Shown: positions 57,389-64,000 of the stretch, piece after piece
How the letters are laid out: each line of letters opens with the position of its first letter
How positions within the stretch are numbered: position 1 is the stretch's first letter
Virus record (IMG/VR): IMGVR_UViG_3300025288_000013
Span: 1 to 64,000 of that record
Length of the DNA stretch: 64,000 nt
Direction: 5' to 3' (one strand)
DNA from: a virus
The notes under the pieces: model-generated
Told to the model about the DNA's origin: nothing
Database searches by the model: none
Seen by the model: the letters and a program-made list of their open reading frames with translations, nothing else
Position numbers and translations under genes: made by a program

Positions 57389-59406
57389 TAACCTATTATT
57401 ATAAATTCATAATTGGTTTTGTTTATGCAAACAACTTCAACAACATTTGATGTTGGTTTTATACTACCTATTTCAAGACCAAGAGAGGTATTTGTGAATT
57501 GTGAATTTATGTCAGTAAAGATTCTAACACTTTTACCATTTATATCTATATTCCTTGATAAAACTATTTTGAAAGATTGATTAATATCCCATTTCATATC
57601 GTCTTCTATGTAAACATTTATATCGTCTTGTGCAATAATTGGGTCTGAACTCAAATAACCAATTTTATTCCTCTTGCCAAGTTTAAAATTGTTTTTGTTG
57701 TTATATTTAACATCAGCCATTTTATTAGAAACGCCATTATAAAAACTGTTAGAAAGTGCAATAGACAATGTGCTTCCAAGTAATTTAGCATCAACTCCAT
57801 CCTTTCCTATTATTGATAGAATTATTTCGCTACTTATTTTTGTCTTATTTGTTAATATGTCAACTATCAACTTGCTATTTTTGTTAACAAGTTCTGATAT
57901 AGTATCAAATTCTGTGCTTGTTAATAATTTTGAATTTATTTGGTTTAATATAGTTTCTATGTTTGATTCTCGTGAAGCTATTATCATGTTCAATAATTCT
58001 TCATTTTTGTTTCTCAAATTAACATTCTCTGATATTATGTTTTCATAATTGTCTGTTATTTCAGCCATCCTTGAAACAGCTTCAGAGAATAATTGCATAG
58101 AAAACACATTATAATCGTTTATATCATGGAACACATCAACAGCCACATTCGCATTTGTTGTGTCTATTCTAAAATTCAACTTATATCCATATCCATTACC
58201 AGATTGATTTAATACGCTTGAATTTTTTATTTTTGGTTGTGTTCTTATTATAGATTGACCACCTGTAACTTCCACAACATCGTCTAAAAATAAAACTCCA
58301 TATAAATTTCTTTCAACAACTCCGTTTTCTTCAACTTCATAATACAATGCAACACAATTAAAATCAAATCCAAATGACGTATTTGATGAATTAAATTGGT
58401 TGAACGACTTTAAACTTTGATCGTTGAATGCAACATATGATGTTTTATCAAAGTCTATGCCAACACCATCAAGTCTATTTCTTATATAAGTTTTTTGCAA
58501 AGCACTTGTCGGGTGCGTAACGGTGATTTCATCATTTGATGGATCGGAAAATGTTTTATCAGTTAAATAAGCATCCGCCCCAGTATAATAATCAAACCAT
58601 AAATCTGTATCATTATTATCAACATCATTTACAGAAGAATAAACAAGTCCAACAACATCTATGTCATATTGTGCTAATAAATCAAGTCCATTGGCTGGTG
58701 GTGGTGATAATGAGTTATATCCCTCTATATACTCTCTGTCTGGCATACTGTTCCTCTGCATAATCATATTTTCGTTATAATTATTATCAGAAAGAGTATT
58801 AAACAAAACAACTGGGGTGTAACCAGCTTGTGACGGCACTAACATATAAATTTCTTCAAAGTTATTTTTGTTTGAAGTGTTTTTGTTTTGCATTTCAATT
58901 TCACCAACATATTGGATCAATCTTGAGTATAAATTGCCTGAACCAACATTAGAGTTATCATCCTCTTCTACATAATTTGGTGTTAGGTTATTGCTTTCTG
59001 AATTTGTTGCACTTCTATATCTAACAGCACCAATTTCTTTTAACCACTTAAAAAAAATACGCTCTGATGTGGTTTTTAAATTATTATTATTGTATTCTGG
59101 TTTTGAGGTCAAAATTTCTTCAAAGTTTAAAACATAGTTTTGTAATGATTCTGATAAATCTATGGAATCACCAAGTGATGGTGGTGTAACGACAGAGTTA
59201 CCAACAATAAATCTTGATTGTATTCTTTCAAAATCTGATACATTTTCATTGTTTGATGCTGTTTTTATTTCTGGTACGTTTAATAACACAAAATGTGAAA
59301 ATCTGAATTTCTTATCACTTCTATTAAATAATTCTATATCTTCTAAACCACTCTTAAATGTGATTAATGAATCTTTTTTTATCCTTGTTATTAATGAAGT
59401 CGACAT
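57388..59406 (-). CDS. Virion structural (baseplate-like) protein
   Basis: Late box upstream; FDFNCVALYY...NLYGVLFLD. Confidence 0.5.
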   Translation of the reverse strand: MSTSLITRIKKDSLITFKSGLEDIELFNRSDKKFRFSHFVLLNVPEIKTASNNENVSDFERIQSRFIVGNSVVTPPSLGDSIDLSESLQNYVLNFEEILTSKPEYNNNNLKTTSERIFFKWLKEIGAVRYRSATNSESNNLTPNYVEEDDNSNVGSGNLYSRLIQYVGEIEMQNKNTSNKNNFEEIYMLVPSQAGYTPVVLFNTLSDNNYNENMIMQRNSMPDREYIEGYNSLSPPPANGLDLLAQYDIDVVGLVYSSVNDVDNNDTDLWFDYYTGADAYLTDKTFSDPSNDEITVTHPTSALQKTYIRNRLDGVGIDFDKTSYVAFNDQSLKSFNQFNSSNTSFGFDFNCVALYYEVEENGVVERNLYGVLFLDDVVEVTGGQSIIRTQPKIKNSSVLNQSGNGYGYKLNFRIDTTNANVAVDVFHDINDYNVFSMQLFSEAVSRMAEITDNYENIISENVNLRNKNEELLNMIIASRESNIETILNQINSKLLTSTEFDTISELVNKNSKLIVDILTNKTKISSEIILSIIGKDGVDAKLLGSTLSIALSNSFYNGVSNKMADVKYNNKNNFKLGKRNKIGYLSSDPIIAQDDINVYIEDDMKWDINQSFKIVLSRNIDINGKSVRIFTDINSQFTNTSLGLEIGSIKPTSNVVEVVCINKTNYEFIIIG

Positions 59407-59503
59407 GTTATTTCTTTATTGATAGTTTATACAAAAGTTATTTATTAAATGAACATTACTAAAATATATAAGATTTAATCAAAATCAGATAAATAACAAA
59501 AAT

Positions 59504-59511
59504 TATAAATA
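59504..59511 (+). promoter_or_regulatory. T4-type late promoter TATAAATA (tail tube)
   Basis: Exact T4 late consensus upstream of the start. Confidence 0.6.
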
Positions 59512-59526
59512 TAAAATCTAACTAAA

Positions 59527-60087
59527 ATGGCAAAAAAATTATATTCGTTTTCTGCATCAAAAACAAATCAAAATAAAGACATGCCGTTATTCTTAACGAA
59601 ATATGTCATAACATTTATCCTACCAGATGCATTAAAGGCTAAATATGGATCAGAAATTTTGTCAGAAGCCATAAACGAAATAGATGGTATGGAATTTGAT
59701 AAAATGCCAGAACCAGTTGAACAAAAATATAAAGGTATATCAAGAAGATTTGGTGGTTCTGTTGCTGATACAAATGTTGACTTAGCTATGGTATTTGCTG
59801 TTAATGTTGATAAAGAGGGTAGAATTTATCCGTTAAATGTGATACGTGATTGGTGTAGATTGATTTACAATAGTGATGGAATCGTTTTAACCAAAGAAGA
59901 ATATGCTGGTGCTGCGGTTATAGAAGTTCACAATGTTAAAGGTGAAATTTTAAGAAAGGTAAAAATTCCTATATTTTTCCCAATGACTAACATTGCTGCG
60001 ATGAAACTTGATTATCACAATGATGAAATTTTCGAATTACCAATGACATGGGTTGCGGAAAATGCCGCAGACACATACATAGATTAA
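59527..60087 (+). CDS. Tail tube protein (T4 gp19-like)
   Basis: 186 aa; VEQKYKG, IRDWCRLIYN, KEEYAG and FFP; exact TATAAATA upstream and a strong terminator downstream. Confidence 0.7.
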   Translation: MAKKLYSFSASKTNQNKDMPLFLTKYVITFILPDALKAKYGSEILSEAINEIDGMEFDKMPEPVEQKYKGISRRFGGSVADTNVDLAMVFAVNVDKEGRIYPLNVIRDWCRLIYNSDGIVLTKEEYAGAAVIEVHNVKGEILRKVKIPIFFPMTNIAAMKLDYHNDEIFELPMTWVAENAADTYID

Positions 60088-60119
60088 GAATTTAAGTTTG
60101 AGTAGTTTTTTTAATAGGT

Positions 60120-60156
60120 AAAAGCCGAACAACTTTATCAATTGTTCGGCTTTTTT
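60120..60156. terminator. Bidirectional rho-independent terminator
   Basis: AAAAGCCGAACAA-loop-TTGTTCGGCTTTTTT between convergent genes. Confidence 0.85.
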
Positions 60157-60208
60157 GTGTAGAAAAGACCCCTCAAGTGTGCTTCTATGATAGGCAAGAA
60201 GAGTTTAT

Positions 60209-61288
60209 TTACTGTCTTTCACCATTTACATAAGATTCAACAGTGTTATCAGAATCATAAAAATCATCTAATTTATAATGTCCGTTTTTAGTTTTATTTA
60301 TGTGTTGAATAACACCACCCTCTTTGGTTGTTATTTCTATGGCTTCTTTTCTAACTTCGTCCAAATTGTTATTGTCTGATTCGTTCATTTTTATCAGTTC
60401 GTTCAACGGTTCATAATCTTCAGCATAATCACCCATAAAATCTTTCTTAAACAATACAGATAAGAATGCTCTCATATCCCCCTCATTATCGGTGCACCAA
60501 CTATCATTTTTGCTTATTATTTTTAACGCTCTATCTGTGTACTTTTTATCATATGTTGAACTAACAAAATTTTTGAAAGCATCTTTGTCCTTTTTGTTGT
60601 CTAAACAATACCACCCAGCATTTTGTTTTATTGACCTTAATAATGAATCAACAAAATTGCTATCGTTTTCCAACAAATCTTCATATTTTTCACCAGAACC
60701 CTTTGATTTGTCTGTTTGATTTGATGGATCGTTACCAAATGATGCTTCACCTCTGCCTGGAACAGTTGAAGTGGCTGATTCTGATTCAACCATTTTGGTA
60801 ATATCTTTCAATTTATTAATATCTGATTCTGTTAATTTTATCCCTCTGTTAATTTTGTTACCAATACTATCATTCTCAAGAATTTTACCAATTGCATTTT
60901 TAAAATTCGTTTCATATTTTTTCCTTAATCTCATTGACACAGGTTTATATGATTCTTTTAATTCAACCAATGCCTTTTTGGCTTCATCACCAGTTTTACC
61001 AATCAATTCTTCAGTTCCATCAAGTTCCATTTCTTCAAATAATGAAACCTTATCAGATAGTTTTGATACGTCATCAAGCATTTGAAGAAAATCATCTGTT
61101 GATTTACCATCATAATCTTCACCAAATAGATCAAAATCTTTATTATCACGTGCAAACACATTCAGCTTTCCATTAAAATTTTCAAGCATTTCATAGGTAA
61201 TATCTTTTTCACTAAATACTTTACCTCTCACATTGTTTAGTGTGAATAGTTTTGCTAATTCTTCTTTTGTTATTGATTTTGGTGTCAT
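60209..61288 (-). CDS. Putative head-associated protein with LxE sites and a capsid N-arm-like segment
   Basis: LTES, MVES, LLEN and MNES sites; GRGEASFGNDPSNQTDKSKGSGE is similar to the MCP N-terminus. Confidence 0.6.
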   Translation of the reverse strand: MTPKSITKEELAKLFTLNNVRGKVFSEKDITYEMLENFNGKLNVFARDNKDFDLFGEDYDGKSTDDFLQMLDDVSKLSDKVSLFEEMELDGTEELIGKTGDEAKKALVELKESYKPVSMRLRKKYETNFKNAIGKILENDSIGNKINRGIKLTESDINKLKDITKMVESESATSTVPGRGEASFGNDPSNQTDKSKGSGEKYEDLLENDSNFVDSLLRSIKQNAGWYCLDNKKDKDAFKNFVSSTYDKKYTDRALKIISKNDSWCTDNEGDMRAFLSVLFKKDFMGDYAEDYEPLNELIKMNESDNNNLDEVRKEAIEITTKEGGVIQHINKTKNGHYKLDDFYDSDNTVESYVNGERQ

Positions 61289-61305
61289 AGTAAGTTATTT
61301 TTGTG

Positions 61306-61334
61306 ATAAACTTTTAAATTTGGTTTTTGTTACA
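61306..61334 (-). promoter_or_regulatory. TGTAACAA-N15-GTT promoter
   Basis: Exact motif upstream of the ORF starting at 61288. Confidence 0.75.
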
Positions 61335-63968
61335 TTAATCTTTTAATAATTCATCAGCTAGATCACCAATGCCTTTTATCAACGGATTGTTTTCAAATGC
61401 TTTAACGATTTTATCTTTCTTTTCTTTCAAATCATCAATAGCCAATTTTATCTTTTCTTTAGCTGTTGGGTCTTCTTCACCAGCCAATTCTTTCTTTAAA
61501 TCTTCTATTTCTTTGTCAAGTTTTAACTTATCTTCAAGATTTTTTATAACCAACTCCTCTTTTTCTATATTAGTTTTTAACTTTTCAATAGATTCTTCAT
61601 TGGTTTCATCAGCTAATTTTTGTTTAAGTTCAAGTATATCTTCTTTTGATTCTTTGATTCTTTGTTCAATTTTAACCAATTTTTCCTCACGTTTTTTAAC
61701 TGCCTCTGAATCTTCTGCCTCTGTTAATTCTTTATTTTCAAATACCATACTTGCTAATTCCTTGTATCTATCAACGTTACCAAAAATGATATCATAATTA
61801 CCAAGTTGTTCAGGTTTCACCCAAGCATATTCAGAATGTTCTTCTGACAAAACAACCTCTTCACTATTTGATAAACCAGAATAATAGTGGGAAACGCTAC
61901 CATCATTTGTGAATTCTTTTAATCGCTTCACATCGCTAAATGTTAGCCCAGATTCCTCATTTGCCTCACGAATAGCAGCTTCTTCAGTTGTTTCACCGTC
62001 TTCAACTTTACCACCAGCTAAACCCCATTGGTTCGGTGCAACTTCTTCATCAACTGTTCTTTTTAATAACAAAAGTTCGCCCTTATCATTATAAATGACC
62101 ATATCAGCATAAGTTTTTATCTCTCCAACACCATTTTCATTTTCAACTAATTTCTTTAATATACCACTTATTTTTGTTTGACACGATTCAGTTAATTTAC
62201 CAAATTTGGTTGACGAACCCTCTTTCATTTCTATTAACGCATCATATACTTCGTTAACATCTTCGTTTTCTGATAATTCTGATATGAGTTGTAAATCTTC
62301 ATCGTCTAATTGATTAACAATTTCAATTTCTGATACAATTTCTGTTGGTTCAACGATTTCGTTTTCTACCAATGGCGTCTTAAAAATCACGCCAGTCATT
62401 GTGTCGTAATCCCATATACCAATAAAGTTACCATCTTGGTCTTTAAACCAATCTTGGTCACCTCTTGATTCTATGCTACCATCACCAACATAAGATAAAC
62501 CTTGTGAAAATGAATTAAAGTTATCATATTTGTCACCACCAAGTTTTGATATGTCTTTAAATGATTCAGTCAATTTTGCTGATTCTAATACCTTATGTTT
62601 TTTTAATAATTCAATATCATCAACAGTCACAGGAAACCCAAATCCGTCACTTAATGTTTTCATAAGTTTCTTTTCATTACTTGCAGCATCAGTAACTTGT
62701 GGTATCAGTTTACCATACTGATCAAGTATTGCTTTGTCTGTGTTGGTTCCATCTTCAAACCCCCCCAAAACCTTTATAATTTTAAAGCCAATTGAATTCT
62801 TAAGATCACCATCACTTTCAGTTAATTTTGCTGATTCTGTTAGTTCAACAATAACTTCAACATCTTCTTTATCATCATAAATTGATAGAGTTTTGTTTTC
62901 AACATCAAAATCCAATTCAAAATCGCCAAAGTCTGATCGCCATGATTCTTTCGTACCATATTTTTTGAATAACGATTTTATACCATCAATATCTTTTTTC
63001 CCAAAATGTAATCTTGAATTATCATCTTCAATTGATGAATTTTTTTCTATATGTTTTATAATTTTATCAATTGGTGTTGATTCACTTTCAGTTAATTTTG
63101 ATTCAACAAATCTCAAATCTGAAGATGGCACATTAAGTTTGTTTTCATTTTCTATTTCTAGTTCATTTTCAGTTAACTTGTTTATTGGTGTTACAGAATA
63201 TTTGTTTTCATCTATGGCAAATACGTCATAATCTTTACCATCAACTCCTAATTGTACACCTGCACTACCGTTTATTGGTGTCCCCAATATCATTGATAAT
63301 TCAGAACCACTAAACATTTTTTTGACCTTATCTTTATCAACAACAATTTCTTTACTTTCAGTTAACTTTTTTGGTTTAAAATGAATTGGGTGTGCCTTTT
63401 CCTTAGTATTTTTATCAATTATCCAATTATCTTTAGTTATTTCACCGATTTCAAACGGTTCACCAAGAACTGTACCAACATCACCAACTTTTAAACCACG
63501 TCCTTTGATATTGGTTTCTCTTTGGTGATTATCAGCATAGCCCTCATTCAAAACCGTTAAATAATCAAATGCTATTGTTTCTACACCAAGAAATTTTCCA
63601 TTTTTGTCAAACACAGACACATCAACATCATAATCGTTTTGACCAGTTTTATCAAGTCTATCAACAATACCATAATAATCTGGATATTTTTTATCACCTA
63701 TAAGAATTTTAACTTTGTCATTAACTTTTGGTAATACTGCTTCAGTTAGTTTATCTACACCGTTCACTTCAACATCACCAATTTTATAAGTACCATTTTC
63801 TTTCAGTGCTTTTATAATTTTGTTGCTTTCAACAAGCATAACAAATTTACCTTTTTGTATTTTGGCTGCTTCCGTTAGTCCAACCACTTCAACCACTTCA
63901 GATATAGTCATTTCATTTTCATTATCTAAGTTTGATAAAATCTGTGCAACAGTTGAATCATTGCTCAT
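61335..63968 (-). CDS. LTE-punctuated acidic polyprotein with an embedded Nudix hydrolase domain
   Basis: Nudix box GGKVEDGETTEEAAIREANEESGL; about 10 LTE motifs; C-terminal coiled coil. Confidence 0.75.
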   Translation of the reverse strand: MSNDSTVAQILSNLDNENEMTISEVVEVVGLTEAAKIQKGKFVMLVESNKIIKALKENGTYKIGDVEVNGVDKLTEAVLPKVNDKVKILIGDKKYPDYYGIVDRLDKTGQNDYDVDVSVFDKNGKFLGVETIAFDYLTVLNEGYADNHQRETNIKGRGLKVGDVGTVLGEPFEIGEITKDNWIIDKNTKEKAHPIHFKPKKLTESKEIVVDKDKVKKMFSGSELSMILGTPINGSAGVQLGVDGKDYDVFAIDENKYSVTPINKLTENELEIENENKLNVPSSDLRFVESKLTESESTPIDKIIKHIEKNSSIEDDNSRLHFGKKDIDGIKSLFKKYGTKESWRSDFGDFELDFDVENKTLSIYDDKEDVEVIVELTESAKLTESDGDLKNSIGFKIIKVLGGFEDGTNTDKAILDQYGKLIPQVTDAASNEKKLMKTLSDGFGFPVTVDDIELLKKHKVLESAKLTESFKDISKLGGDKYDNFNSFSQGLSYVGDGSIESRGDQDWFKDQDGNFIGIWDYDTMTGVIFKTPLVENEIVEPTEIVSEIEIVNQLDDEDLQLISELSENEDVNEVYDALIEMKEGSSTKFGKLTESCQTKISGILKKLVENENGVGEIKTYADMVIYNDKGELLLLKRTVDEEVAPNQWGLAGGKVEDGETTEEAAIREANEESGLTFSDVKRLKEFTNDGSVSHYYSGLSNSEEVVLSEEHSEYAWVKPEQLGNYDIIFGNVDRYKELASMVFENKELTEAEDSEAVKKREEKLVKIEQRIKESKEDILELKQKLADETNEESIEKLKTNIEKEELVIKNLEDKLKLDKEIEDLKKELAGEEDPTAKEKIKLAIDDLKEKKDKIVKAFENNPLIKGIGDLADELLKD

Positions 63969-64000
63969 TTCTAAATGTTGATAAATGTGATCTCTGAATT

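Noticed and set aside
1173-63231. Many Ser/Phe/Ile-rich antisense ORFs (e.g. 4161-4700, 12753-13379, 37734-38318, 61369-61797)
   Set aside because: Shadow frames of Glu/Lys-rich genes, with no motifs or promoters.
1-64000. Stop-codon reassignment as in some gut jumbo phages
   Set aside because: Core genes are full length in the standard code, and TAG and TGA both end genes sensibly.
1-64000. tRNA/rRNA genes, introns and inteins
   Set aside because: Intergenic gaps are short and AT-rich with no cloverleaf seen; polymerase, terminase and primase are uninterrupted.

Overview
This 64-kb window is a very AT-rich, standard-genetic-code segment of a large myovirus (jumbo-type phage) with distant T4-like genes. 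Structural genes include a partial major capsid protein, prohead protease, portal, terminase, neck, baseplate, tail tube and tape measure. Replication genes include PolB, primase, SSB and clamp loaders. Structural and replication genes are interleaved and strands switch often. Three systems stand out. (1) A dispersed purine-remodelling set: a PurZ-type adenylosuccinate synthetase paralog, a DatZ/YfdR-like HD hydrolase, a MazG-like pyrophosphatase, a guanylate-kinase-like enzyme and an atypical adenosine deaminase, together with a family B polymerase. This suggests a 2-aminoadenine (Z) genome in a PolB phage and, more speculatively, a Z/hypoxanthine purine swap. (2) An apparent three-tier transcription cascade readable in the DNA: two identical sigma54-type -24/-12 sites (one upstream of a phage ECF-like sigma factor), 13 copies of TGTAACAA-N15-GTT mostly before replication/nucleotide genes, and (A/T)ATAAATA late boxes before virion genes. 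(3) Head polyproteins punctuated by L-x-E prohead-protease-type sites, one carrying an embedded Nudix domain, plus a protein containing a copy of the capsid protein's N-terminal arm. All calls come from reading motifs by eye; no database searches were run.
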